Positions 48,329 to 58,047 are shown, counted from the first letter of the stretch. The stretch is 64,000 bases of DNA from Dehalococcoidia bacterium (GCA_963580875.1 CAUZMC010000003.1:2729-66728), one strand, 5' to 3'. Program-made: numbers and translations. Notes: generated by a model from the letters alone, not told the origin.

Positions 48329-49234
48329 TTGCCTTGGATTGTTATTGCGCTGGCGAGCGCAGCAGTGACGGCTATGGTAAGCATCTCTGATAAGACCGTA
48401 ATCTATCGGTACGCTCGTTCCCCGTTGACTCTTCCGTTGTTAATCGGCATGGCTCAAACGACGGTGGGGATTATCACGCTCGGATTGACTCGTATTCCCC
48501 CTGCAGCAACTCTGGAAGCAAGTGGATACGCTGTGCTATCAGGAGTACTCTTTGGCCTGAGCGGCATCCTCTCGCAACGAGTACTTTTCACAGAAGAGGT
48601 TTCACGTACTATTCCGGTAACACAGTCTGCGCCCATCTTTGCGGCGCTGATGGCGCTAGTAATCTTGAATGAATCCATTTCTTCGCAACAGTGGCTTGGT
48701 ATTGTCGCCACTGTTGCGGGAAGCACTCTTCTCTCACTCCGTATCACGGCCGGAATGAGCAGTATTTTTCTTCACAGGTCGTTTTTCTTGCTCATGTTGT
48801 CAGCGTTTTTTTTTGGTGCTGCCAACGTGATAGGGAAGCTAGCGTTAGATGAACTGCCAGTGCTGTACACGCATGGCCTACGCATGCTTGCCCTGGGATT
48901 CGTCTTTCTCGTGATCGCTTTCAGGTCCTCGCCATGGGCCGATGTAAGGGGCTACTTCTCAAGGCGGAGTCCAGCTCTTTTATTTGTCGGCACTAATGAA
49001 TTCATAACTGCCAACGTAGGGCTACTCCTCTTACTTTGGGCGCTCTCCGAAGGACCTGCGTCTCTTGTGACGGCAGTATGGGGGACAAGGGCTCTTTTTG
49101 TGGTGTTATATAGTATGGGCTTGGCCATGGTATGGCGCGGTGCTCTTGGCGAAGTCACGTCACCCGGAATAGTCATGGCAAAATTCCTGTCAGTAGCATT
49201 GATTGTGGTAGGCATTGCGGCTGTGGCACTATAG
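48329..49234 (+). CDS. EamA/DMT-family transporter
   Basis: There are about ten hydrophobic helices in two repeated halves, 301 aa in total. The start codon is non-ATG and uncertain. Confidence 0.7.
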   Translation: MPWIVIALASAAVTAMVSISDKTVIYRYARSPLTLPLLIGMAQTTVGIITLGLTRIPPAATLEASGYAVLSGVLFGLSGILSQRVLFTEEVSRTIPVTQSAPIFAALMALVILNESISSQQWLGIVATVAGSTLLSLRITAGMSSIFLHRSFFLLMLSAFFFGAANVIGKLALDELPVLYTHGLRMLALGFVFLVIAFRSSPWADVRGYFSRRSPALLFVGTNEFITANVGLLLLLWALSEGPASLVTAVWGTRALFVVLYSMGLAMVWRGALGEVTSPGIVMAKFLSVALIVVGIAAVAL

Positions 49235-49367
49235 AAGGAGAGAGGCCATCGGCGAGTTGCGTGACATGAAAATGCAGCTTTCGTTGGAGGGGACACTGAG
49301 GAACAGGGAGATTCTGAGGACGTAGCCAAAAGCATCTGCACTATGTGTTTCTGGCACGGGAGGAAAA

Positions 49368-49778
49368 TTGAAGCCAAGAATAAGCATGATATCTTTGGGC
49401 GTGAGCGATTTAGTCATCTCAGTGAAATTTTACGAAAAAGGACTTGGGTTTCCAAAGATAGAGTCTACATCTGAGATTGCTTTTTTTTCGCTGAATGGCA
49501 GTTGGTTAAGCTTATACAGTCGGGCATCCTTGGCAAAAGACGCAACGGTTTCGTCGGTGGGCAGTGGCTTTAACGGCTTTGCAATGGCTCACAATGTGGA
49601 AAGCGAGGAAGAAGTTGATGAAATCATCGCACACGCAGTTTCAGTTGGAGCAACGCTAGTGAAGCCACCACAAAAGGTGTTCTGGGGGGGCTACTCTGGA
49701 TATTTTGCGGACCCAGATGGCTACTTATGGGAAATAGCGCACAATCCTTATACGTGGATTGGCCCCAAGGATGGATAG
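49368..49778 (+). CDS. VOC (glyoxalase/bleomycin-resistance) family protein
   Basis: Motifs seen are ISLGVSDLVISVKFYEKGLGF and the C-terminal GYFADPDGYLWEIA. Confidence 0.75.
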   Translation: MKPRISMISLGVSDLVISVKFYEKGLGFPKIESTSEIAFFSLNGSWLSLYSRASLAKDATVSSVGSGFNGFAMAHNVESEEEVDEIIAHAVSVGATLVKPPQKVFWGGYSGYFADPDGYLWEIAHNPYTWIGPKDG

Positions 49779-49853
49779 GAACGAGCCTTCGTTGGAGGGC
49801 ATAGCTGTTTCTAGGTGTTGCGGTAGTCCAAGATTGCATGAAAGAGGTGTTAC

Positions 49854-50405
49854 GTGCCTAGAGTACCATATTTGAATAAAGATGATATGCCAGCTAGTAA
49901 ACGGGATATTTACGACCGTATTGGTGCAAATCGAGGGCATGTGGCCAGGCCCTTTGCAGCGCTTCTCAATAGTCCGGACGTAGCGGCTAGTGTTGCCCAG
50001 CTTGGTGACCAGCTTCGTTATTTATCGCCCGAGATTTCAGCGTACGTTAGAGAAATTGCTACGCTTACAACAGCGAAAAGCTTGAGATGCCAGTATTTAT
50101 GGACTCATCATTGTGACTCGGCTAGGGAGGCAGGTGTTAGAGATGAGGTGATTGAAGCGATCAGGGAGGGAGGTCCACCTAGGAGATTGTTGCCAAAGGA
50201 AAGTGTATTTGTTCAGTTCACCCAGGAGCTCTTGGAGGATCATCAGGTTAAGGACGCGACCTACAGTGCGGTTGAGCACCTGCTTGGGCAGCAAGGAACG
50301 GTGGATCTGATCGTGACTATAGGCTATTACGCAATGCAGTGCATGGCAATCAATGCCTTAAAAGTTGACATTGAGGATGGTATGCTTCCCCTTTTGCCAA
50401 TGTAA
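49854..50405 (+). CDS. Carboxymuconolactone decarboxylase (AhpD-like) family protein
   Basis: The protein looks all-helical, and EIATLTTAKSLRCQYLWTHHCDSAREAG resembles the CMD-domain core. Confidence 0.55.
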   Translation: MPRVPYLNKDDMPASKRDIYDRIGANRGHVARPFAALLNSPDVAASVAQLGDQLRYLSPEISAYVREIATLTTAKSLRCQYLWTHHCDSAREAGVRDEVIEAIREGGPPRRLLPKESVFVQFTQELLEDHQVKDATYSAVEHLLGQQGTVDLIVTIGYYAMQCMAINALKVDIEDGMLPLLPM

Positions 50406-50580
50406 TTCAAGAATCGTCATATACATCCGTAGGAATATTTGTCATTGGTACGGAAATTTGGGCCTGGCGAGAGTGCGATAGGAAAAAGTGGACGCTGCTA
50501 GTTCACGTCGGATTGCTTTCTGGACGGCTCTTTCGTAGCCTGTTAAGCTGGCGGGAGAATCTCCCTTAGGCAAGAATATC

Positions 50581-52995
50581 ATGAACGGCACGGTTGATAG
50601 CGATAGACGGCAACAACTCCAGTGCAAGGCACTGGAGTTGTTGGAGTTTCCTCTGGTGCTAGAGCGCCTGGCAGGTCGCGTCCAGTTCTTTATGGCAAGG
50701 GAGTTGGCCTTTACGCTGAGACCTGCTTATACACACGACGATGTTTTGCGTGGCCAGCTTGAGACCTCAGAGGCTGTACAGCTTCTTGGTAGCGGTAACG
50801 ATTTAGACATATCCTCCAACAAGGATGTGAGGCTGCAGGTAGAAGCAGCGTCTCTCGGGAGCAGGCTCCAAGGCAATGAATTGCGAGACGTGCTCGAAGT
50901 GCTTACCGTGCTCGGCAAGGCTCGTCACGCTGTTATCGCACATGCGGAATTGCCCATTCTCGCCTCCTTGGCCAGGAAAATACCAGACTTAAACGGCCTT
51001 GAATTGCAGATATTCAAGGCAATTGGGAGAGACGGTGAAGTGTTGGATCAGGCTTCCACTCAACTGGCAGACCTGAGGATCGAGTCACGGAGAACTTACG
51101 ATCGATTAGAAGAACATCTCCAGAAAACCCTTAGGCATCTCCAGGAGGGAGGTGTGCTCCAGGAACCTCTGATAACTCAGCGTCAGGGCCGTATGGTCCT
51201 GTTGGTAAAATCGGAAATGAGGCACTATGTGCCGGGCATCGTGCACGATGTGTCCGGCAGCGGTGCAACGCTATTTGTGGAACCTCTGGCTATAGTTCCA
51301 GAAGGTAATCAATCGCGTGAGCTACGTTTGGCGGTAGAGCGTGAGGAAGAGCGAGTCCTACAGATACTCTCGGAGTCCGTGGGTGATAGGAGCGCCGAAC
51401 TACTGCTGGGATTGGAGATGGTGGCGCAGATTGACCTAGCGATGGCTAAGGGTCGATATTCGGTTGCCACGAATAGTGTGCCAGTCACGGTGGTCGAAAC
51501 TAAAAGACCTTATTTGCGCTTCAAGGATGCCCGTCACCCATTGCTTTATGGCAATGTGGTTCCGAATACCATAGAAATGGGCAACATGTGGTCTCTCTTG
51601 CTCATTACCGGCCCCAACGCCGGAGGCAAGACCGTTGCGCTGAAAACGACTGGTCTACTGGCTGCAATGGCTCATTCTGGTCTACACATCCCAGCAGACG
51701 AGGCCACTATCAGTATTTACGACGGCTTCTATGCAGACGTAGGTGACCAGCAGAGCATTCAGCGTTCCCTTTCAACCTTTAGTTCCCATGTTGATAACTT
51801 GACCAAGATTCTTGCTGAGGCTACGCCTGCGTCACTGGTTCTTATTGATGAACTGGGTACGAGTACGGACCCAGAGGAAGGAACAGCCCTGTCCAAGGCT
51901 CTCCTCCTTGAGTTCCATCGGAGGGGAATACAGACGATTGCCACATCGCACCTGCGAGACTTAGCTGAATTCATAAGCGAGAACCCAGGTATGGTCAATG
52001 CCAGCGTAGAGTTACATCCTGAGACACTGTCTCCAACCTATAGACTTATCATGGGTCTTTCAGAGAGGAGCTACGCTATTACTATTGCCGCTCGACTTGG
52101 TATGCCGCAAGCTGTCATTGATGATGCACGCTCTCTACTCTCAGATGATTATCACAAAATGGAAGGGCTGCTGGGTGACTTACAACGAGAGAAGAGTCAG
52201 GCTACCGCGAAGCGAGAAGAGGCGGAACAGGAAATGGAACGCGCCAATATACTGAGGCAGGAGTTGGACGAAAAGCTGACTGTATTGGAGCATGAGAAGG
52301 ATAGTTTGATGGAGTCGGTACGCCGCGATTTGGAGATCAAGGCCGAAGAGATATGGCAAAAACTGAGAGTCGCTGAGCAATCCTCGAAACGTACCGTATC
52401 TACATCTGTGCCGAAAGGAGCGGAAGAACTTGTGCCGGCGAATTCTTTCAAGGCTTTGCGTGATCAGAGATATGAAGTGTCGGCTCTGAGAAAAGAGCTC
52501 AGGTCTCACTCATGGCGCCCTGCCAGGGCTAGCCGCGATTGGATATGGGTTCTGAAGCCAGGGGATATGGTGTACTTGCAAGGGGTTAGTCAACCCATGG
52601 AGGTGCTTGCGGCTGTAGCGGATGATCAGACGCTGGAAATAGCGCTCGGTTCCATACGGGCTAAGATTCCCCTGGACCAGATTGAGTGTAAGGCTGAAGT
52701 TGCTGCTAAATCTCCTGCCATTACCATTACTGGGTCATCTCCCGTTGAAGCATCTTCAGGACGTGAACTGGACGTCCGGGGGATTCGCGTAGAAGAAGCA
52801 TTAATGCAATTGGATAACTTCTTGGATCAAGCCATATTGGCCGACTTGTCTTCTGTGCGAATTGTGCATGGAGTGGGAACAGGAGCACTGCGAGGCGCTC
52901 TGCGTGAATACCTCGCAGTGCACAAGCAAGTAGCCTTTTTTGTTCCTGACGAGAGCATGCGCACTGATGGAGCCACCATTGCCCAGCTAGCCTGA
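50581..52995 (+). CDS. mutS2: MutS2 (MutS-family ATPase with C-terminal Smr domain)
   Basis: Features seen are the N-terminal LELLEFPLVLERLAG, the P-loop GPNAGGKTV, DELGTSTDP, a long coiled-coil, and the Smr domain ELDVRGIRVEEA...VRIVHGVGTGALR. Confidence 0.93.
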   Translation: MNGTVDSDRRQQLQCKALELLEFPLVLERLAGRVQFFMARELAFTLRPAYTHDDVLRGQLETSEAVQLLGSGNDLDISSNKDVRLQVEAASLGSRLQGNELRDVLEVLTVLGKARHAVIAHAELPILASLARKIPDLNGLELQIFKAIGRDGEVLDQASTQLADLRIESRRTYDRLEEHLQKTLRHLQEGGVLQEPLITQRQGRMVLLVKSEMRHYVPGIVHDVSGSGATLFVEPLAIVPEGNQSRELRLAVEREEERVLQILSESVGDRSAELLLGLEMVAQIDLAMAKGRYSVATNSVPVTVVETKRPYLRFKDARHPLLYGNVVPNTIEMGNMWSLLLITGPNAGGKTVALKTTGLLAAMAHSGLHIPADEATISIYDGFYADVGDQQSIQRSLSTFSSHVDNLTKILAEATPASLVLIDELGTSTDPEEGTALSKALLLEFHRRGIQTIATSHLRDLAEFISENPGMVNASVELHPETLSPTYRLIMGLSERSYAITIAARLGMPQAVIDDARSLLSDDYHKMEGLLGDLQREKSQATAKREEAEQEMERANILRQELDEKLTVLEHEKDSLMESVRRDLEIKAEEIWQKLRVAEQSSKRTVSTSVPKGAEELVPANSFKALRDQRYEVSALRKELRSHSWRPARASRDWIWVLKPGDMVYLQGVSQPMEVLAAVADDQTLEIALGSIRAKIPLDQIECKAEVAAKSPAITITGSSPVEASSGRELDVRGIRVEEALMQLDNFLDQAILADLSSVRIVHGVGTGALRGALREYLAVHKQVAFFVPDESMRTDGATIAQLA

Positions 52996-53699
52996 TGCAA
53001 GACGTATCGATTCAGATCCTCCGCTATCTGGTAGCGCAATGGCAAGAGCCGGAGCGGGATGGTTACACTTACTGCCTGACACCCACTCAGTTGCCACCCG
53101 AAGAGACGAAGCTGTCAGATGAATCCATCGCAGCGATTCAGGCGTCCGAAACCGGTGCCATTTTATTCTGGAGCCCGAGTGAGGTACGACTCGTGCTGCC
53201 CCCATTTCCTATCGAATTTGAGTCCACAGCTTCCGGCTGGGACGTGGATCTTATGTGGTCGGTGCTGGAACGGCGAAGGATCGTCTTGGTACTGCTATTA
53301 CGGATGAGCGGCTTTGCTGTAGGCATATTTGAAGGCGAACACTTGGCTGTGTTCAAGACTGGTTCACGCTTTGTAAAAGGAAGGCACAAGAAGGGTGGCA
53401 GTTCATCGGCTCGCTTTGCCCGCCGCCGCGAGGATCAGGCCAGGATGCTATTTGACAAAGCTGCGGAAACCTTGCAAGAGCGAGTCGAAGCGTACCCCGG
53501 CAGCCTAACACACCTGATTCTAGGAGGCGATCGTTTGACGCTATTGGCCTTCGAGAAAAGGTGCCCTTTCCTGCAACACCTTGAGGTAATCCGCTTACAT
53601 CGCATACTGAACGTTGAGAGACCATCTCTGAATGCGCTCAAGGAGCTTCCACGCCAGATATACATGAGTCGGATTGTTACCTATCGTCCAGACTCATAA
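52995..53699 (+). CDS. Vms1-like eRF1-fold protein (acVLRF1-type), candidate peptidyl-tRNA hydrolase
   Basis: The core LLLRMSGFAVGIFEGEHLAVFKTGSRFVKGRHKKGGSSSARFARRREDQ resembles the VLRF1 domain of Vms1/ANKZF1. The ATG shares one nucleotide with the mutS2 TGA. Confidence 0.55.
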   Translation: MQDVSIQILRYLVAQWQEPERDGYTYCLTPTQLPPEETKLSDESIAAIQASETGAILFWSPSEVRLVLPPFPIEFESTASGWDVDLMWSVLERRRIVLVLLLRMSGFAVGIFEGEHLAVFKTGSRFVKGRHKKGGSSSARFARRREDQARMLFDKAAETLQERVEAYPGSLTHLILGGDRLTLLAFEKRCPFLQHLEVIRLHRILNVERPSLNALKELPRQIYMSRIVTYRPDS

Positions 53700-53877
53700 A
53701 ATAATCTGGATTGACTCTTCGTTTATATTCCAGACGTCTCTCTGGGTTTACAAGGTTTCGGTTGGCAGTAGGTGAATCTTTCTATAAAGCGAGTCTAAAA
53801 CTCAGATCAAAACTCTTGATTCCGTACAGGTTGTCTTTTAGTTTAAGGCTCGCTGCCTTTTCTCGTCTGTGCAAGCA

Positions 53878-53922
53878 AACCAAATATGCCGTCCACGATT
53901 ATCGTGGACGGCATATTTGGTT
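53878..53922. repeat. Perfect 21-bp inverted repeat (3-nt loop) between convergent genes
   Basis: AACCAAATATGCCGTCCACGA-TTA-TCGTGGACGGCATATTTGGTT. No U-tract is present on either strand. Confidence 0.8.
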
Positions 53923-53994
53923 GTGTCTCTTCCTAGATCTCATGAGATTAAGGCTGAGATAATTTAGGGTATTTTATAGCTTTCGCTCTTGGGT

Positions 53995-54939
53995 TTAGTC
54001 ACCGCTCTGGAGAATCTTCTCTATTTCTTCCATGTCCTCTGTGGTGAGATGCCAATCAGCTGCCTTGGCGTTAGCGGTAACCTGTTCAATCTTTGTGGCC
54101 CCAGCGATTACCGAACTCACAGCAGAGTTAGCCAGTAGCCAGGCTATGGCTAGTTCCACCATTGGGTGTCCCCGTTCCTCAGCGAAGCTTTCCAGTTTGG
54201 ACAACATGGCGAAATTCTTTTCTGTCAGAGTGTTTCCCTGGGCTCGTTCATTGCCTGCTAGGCGAGTGCCTTCTGGCACTGCCTCTCCTTGACGATATTT
54301 CCCGGTAAGAAACCCGCTGGCAAGGGGGTAAAAAGGGAGTATACCGACGCCGTATTCTTTGCAGAATGGCAGCAGCTCTTGTTCGACGCTGCGATTGAGC
54401 ATATTGTATTCCGGCTGAACCGTGACGAAAGGAGCAAGGTTGAGTGCCTTGGAGGTCTGGATAGCTTCACATGTCTGCCAGGCGGCGAAGTTGGAACAGC
54501 CGATGTAGCGCACTTTGCCCTGATGCACTAAGTCGTCTAGAGCGCGTAGGGTCTCTTCTATAGGTGTGTTGGGATCGACGCGGTGTATCTGATACAGGTC
54601 AATGTAGTCCGTTTGCAGAAAGCGAAGGCTGGCCTCCACCTGGTTCATGATGTGGTGACGGGAATTGCCACGTTTGTTGGGACCGTCGCCAACGGGGTTG
54701 GCTACTTTAGTGGCTATGATGACATCCTTGCGGTTGTCCTTGAAGGCCAGGCCGATGCGTTCCTCAGACAGGCCCCTGCCATAGCTATCTGCCGTGTCTA
54801 TGAAGTTTATACCTTCTTCCAGGGCATGATGGGCTACCTTGAGAGAGTTCTCTTCGTCCATTCTGAATCCAAAGTTGTTGGTTCCAAGGCCCACTGCAGA
54901 GACCTGAAGCCCAGTAGAGCCTAACTGTCGGTATTCCAT
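53995..54939 (-). CDS. Aldo/keto reductase
   Basis: Motifs seen are MEYRQLGSTGLQVSAVGLGT, INFIDTADSYG, and LDLYQIHRVD-type motifs. Confidence 0.9.
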   Translation of the reverse strand: MEYRQLGSTGLQVSAVGLGTNNFGFRMDEENSLKVAHHALEEGINFIDTADSYGRGLSEERIGLAFKDNRKDVIIATKVANPVGDGPNKRGNSRHHIMNQVEASLRFLQTDYIDLYQIHRVDPNTPIEETLRALDDLVHQGKVRYIGCSNFAAWQTCEAIQTSKALNLAPFVTVQPEYNMLNRSVEQELLPFCKEYGVGILPFYPLASGFLTGKYRQGEAVPEGTRLAGNERAQGNTLTEKNFAMLSKLESFAEERGHPMVELAIAWLLANSAVSSVIAGATKIEQVTANAKAADWHLTTEDMEEIEKILQSGD

Positions 54940-55037
54940 GTTCGTTGCTCCTTCTCAATTGCCATTAGAGTTCTAGTCATTATACAGGAATCCATCATCC
55001 TCTGCGACAGGGATTGTTTTGCAGAGAAACCTTACGT

Positions 55038-56165
55038 CTATAAATCTCCGGCTATTTTATCCCAGTGAAAAGAGGCGTCTCCAAAGAGTATTTCGTTGAT
55101 TTTGGCCTTCTTGTGATATAGGTGTAAGTCCATCTCCTTTGTGAACGCTATGGCTCCGTGGCATTGGTGCGCCAGAGTCGTGACCCGTCGATATGCATCG
55201 CTTGTCCACGCCTTTGCCTTTGATATTTCCGGCGCGTACAACTCTCCTTGGTCAACTAACCAGGCAGCCTGATGCATGAGGTAACGGGATGTGTCCACGT
55301 CTGTGAGCATGTTGGCGGCGTGATGCTGAATGGCTTGGAAACTTCCTATGGGCTGCCCGAAGGCATGCCGTTTCTGGATGTAATTTATAGTCATGTCCAG
55401 CGCTGCCTGAGCGCCACCCACTGATTCGGCACACTTGCCAACGGCACCACGTGCTAGGAGTTTTTCTGCCAGTGGCCATCCATCATCGGAGGCGCCAAGC
55501 AAGTTTACTGATGGCACGCGAACGTTTTGAAACACAACTTCAGCTTGTTTGTCGATACCCATGATACGTAGGGGATTGACCGTGATACCGTGGCTGTGGG
55601 CATCTACTAGCAGAAGCGATATGCCATGGCGAGGGTTGGTGTTTGCGTTGGTGCGCGTGACGACGATGAAGTAGTCTGCGGTCTGGCCGTCGGCCACAAA
55701 CATCTTCGTACCATTGATGAGGTAGTTGTCACCTGAGAGTTCGGCACGAACAGAGATGGCATCTGGCTGATAGGAGGCGTCGTGGTCTGTGAAGGCCAAG
55801 GACATGATCAGCTTTCCAGATGCTATTTTTGTCAAGAATTCTGCCTTTTGGTTATTGGTTCCAGCCTCAAGAATGGCTTGGCCGCACATGACTACTGTCG
55901 AGAAAAAAGGCCCTGGAAGCAGGGACCGACCCATTTCCTCGAGAAGAACAGCCATGTCCTGGAAGCTTAAGCTGCTGCCTCCGTACTGCTCAGGGAAAGG
56001 TAGCCCAAGCCAGCCAATGCTTGCCATCTTTTGCCAGAGTTCCGTTGAGTGCCCAAAGTCGTCGGTTTCCATTGTTCTTACCAGTGACTTTGGACACTCA
56101 AGGTCCAGGAATGCCCTTGAGGAGATGCGGAGCATCTCCTGTTTATTTGTGATTGTGAAGTCCAA
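55038..56165 (-). CDS. Acyl-CoA dehydrogenase-family protein lacking the canonical C-terminal catalytic Glu (beta-type subunit)
   Basis: The ACAD fold is present throughout. Where ACADs have Y/I-EGT.E.Q, this protein reads ILFGDASFH. Confidence 0.7.
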   Translation of the reverse strand: MDFTITNKQEMLRISSRAFLDLECPKSLVRTMETDDFGHSTELWQKMASIGWLGLPFPEQYGGSSLSFQDMAVLLEEMGRSLLPGPFFSTVVMCGQAILEAGTNNQKAEFLTKIASGKLIMSLAFTDHDASYQPDAISVRAELSGDNYLINGTKMFVADGQTADYFIVVTRTNANTNPRHGISLLLVDAHSHGITVNPLRIMGIDKQAEVVFQNVRVPSVNLLGASDDGWPLAEKLLARGAVGKCAESVGGAQAALDMTINYIQKRHAFGQPIGSFQAIQHHAANMLTDVDTSRYLMHQAAWLVDQGELYAPEISKAKAWTSDAYRRVTTLAHQCHGAIAFTKEMDLHLYHKKAKINEILFGDASFHWDKIAGDL

Positions 56166-56174
56166 GATGGTTGA

Positions 56175-57362
56175 TTATTTCCGTGGCAGACCTAGGCCGC
56201 GCTGAGCGATTATGTTACGTTGAATCTCTGATGTACCCTCGTAAATGGTCTGTAAGATTGATCCCATGTATGCCTCTTCAACTCTCCCATTTAGTGGTGC
56301 ATACCTTGAGTCTGATTCCAACGGGCCATAGTGTCCCAGTACCTGTAAAGCAACATCGGTGAACTGCTGCCACATTTCGCTACTTAGAAGCTTGCTCATA
56401 GAGGACTCATAGATGGGGTTCAGCCCTTTATCCCTCAACCAAGCTACTCTGTATGCGGCCAGACGACACGCCTCTATTTTCACTGCCATCTCTGCCAACT
56501 TGTTGCGGATCATGTCGACGTGGAAGAGTGATTTGCCATTGCTGGCGGTATCCTTAGCATAGGTAGTGATATCTTTTAAAAGGCTTCGGGCAAGACCGAC
56601 ATTCTCTATTCCTGCCCTCCCTAGTATGAGCGTATTCATAGCTACATTCCAGCCTCTGTCTCGCTCTCCGACTAGGTTTGTAACCGGCACGCGTACGTTG
56701 TCGAAGAAAACCTCGTTGAGCATACCGCTCCTGCCCTGTGCTTCGTCCAAGGAGCGCAGCGTGATTCCCTGAGAACGCATATCTACAACAAAGTAGCTGA
56801 GGTTTCTATGTCGTGCGGTGTCAGGGTTAGTGTTGGCTAGGATGTGTATCCAGTCTGCTCTAGCTGCGCCGCTGATGAAGTTCTTCTGGCCGTTTATAAT
56901 GTAATGATTGCCGTCTTGTACGGCAGCGGTACGAACAGCCGCGAGGTCTGAACCGGCTCCTGACTCGGTGTACCCCTGGCACCAGTATGTCTTGCCACTT
57001 GCAATGGGAGGCAAAAAAGTCTTCTTTAGGTATTCAGACCCGAAACGAATTATGGTTGGGCCTATGAGATTTGGGCCATCGTCAACTGTGATAGCCTCTG
57101 GCATGCCCCAGTAGGCCAATTCTTCCACGAGGATAGCCTGCGTGATGTGTGAAGCGCCTTGACCGCCGTATTCTACGGGCCAGTGCATGGTGGGCCAACC
57201 CATTTCGGCCAGTTCCTTGCGTGTCTCTAGTACGGCGGGCCAGAGGGCATCTGAGAAGGAGACCCTCTCGCTCCATAGCAGTTCTTGTGGGAATTTGGTG
57301 AGGATGAAGTCTCGGATCTCTGCCTGGAAAGCCTGTTGCTCCGTACTGAATCGAAAATCCAC
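56175..57362 (-). CDS. Acyl-CoA dehydrogenase (alpha-type subunit with catalytic Glu)
   Basis: The C-terminal IYEGTSEIQRNII carries the catalytic base, and the ACAD middle domain CQGYTESGAGSDLA is present. Confidence 0.85.
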   Translation of the reverse strand: MDFRFSTEQQAFQAEIRDFILTKFPQELLWSERVSFSDALWPAVLETRKELAEMGWPTMHWPVEYGGQGASHITQAILVEELAYWGMPEAITVDDGPNLIGPTIIRFGSEYLKKTFLPPIASGKTYWCQGYTESGAGSDLAAVRTAAVQDGNHYIINGQKNFISGAARADWIHILANTNPDTARHRNLSYFVVDMRSQGITLRSLDEAQGRSGMLNEVFFDNVRVPVTNLVGERDRGWNVAMNTLILGRAGIENVGLARSLLKDITTYAKDTASNGKSLFHVDMIRNKLAEMAVKIEACRLAAYRVAWLRDKGLNPIYESSMSKLLSSEMWQQFTDVALQVLGHYGPLESDSRYAPLNGRVEEAYMGSILQTIYEGTSEIQRNIIAQRGLGLPRK

Positions 57363-57648
57363 TCACCAACTCCTTCAATGACAGGCCTTAGATGGCTTAT
57401 ACATTGAGTGTCTCCATAGCCAAGTCACCCTATAGATTTCCGTCGCTTTGTGGCTGATTTGGAACTGTTGCCACGATTACTTGGTGAATTGTTTTTTCTG
57501 CTAGGTTGAGAAGGCAGTCATGGAAATCTCAAACGAAATCAATCCTTTATAGCATATTAGAGATGTGGTTTCAACGCTTTCCCAAATGCCAGCATGCTCG
57601 ATTGACAGTAATAAAGGGCTAGTATATCCTTGCTGAGTCTACGAACCT

Positions 57649-58047
57649 ATGGCAATGGCCCTCCTAAAATCATTGTCTTGGAGGATGCGTTTGGCACTTA
57701 ACTACACCGCGGTGGTCATAGCTGGCATGGTGGGATTTGCAGGTATGGCGATTATGTTTGCCGCATCCTATGTTCTCTCCCCCAAGAAACGCACTGCCAT
57801 AAAGGATATGCCTTATGAGTGTGGCATCCCTCCTTCCCCTTACTCCTGGTCACAGTTGCATATGAGATATTATATCTTCGCGATTTTGTTCCTCATATTT
57901 GACGTTGAGGCCGTTTTCCTCTTTCCTTGGGCATTGGTCTTTCTCAGCGGCGTTAGCGCTGTGTTCTATGAGATGATCCTGTTCATGGGGATTCTATTTT
58001 TCGGCATAATCTATAGCTGGAAAAAAGGAGCCCTTCAATGGAATTGA
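57649..58047 (+). CDS. nuoA: NADH-quinone oxidoreductase subunit A
   Basis: Three TM helices and YECGIPP, FLIFDVE motifs are present. It is the first gene of the nuo cluster. Confidence 0.85.
   Translation: MAMALLKSLSWRMRLALNYTAVVIAGMVGFAGMAIMFAASYVLSPKKRTAIKDMPYECGIPPSPYSWSQLHMRYYIFAILFLIFDVEAVFLFPWALVFLSGVSAVFYEMILFMGILFFGIIYSWKKGALQWN

Noticed and set aside
48109-50405. A possible genomic island inserted at tRNA-Gln (the EamA transporter, VOC and CMD-family genes downstream).
   Set aside because: I saw no integrase or recombinase, no direct repeat of the tRNA 3' end downstream, and no obvious compositional break.
53711-53962. An 83-aa ORF in the gap after the VLRF1-like gene.
   Set aside because: It is Arg/Leu/Ser-rich and of low complexity, and it reads straight through both arms of the 45-nt palindrome. 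It is most likely non-coding.
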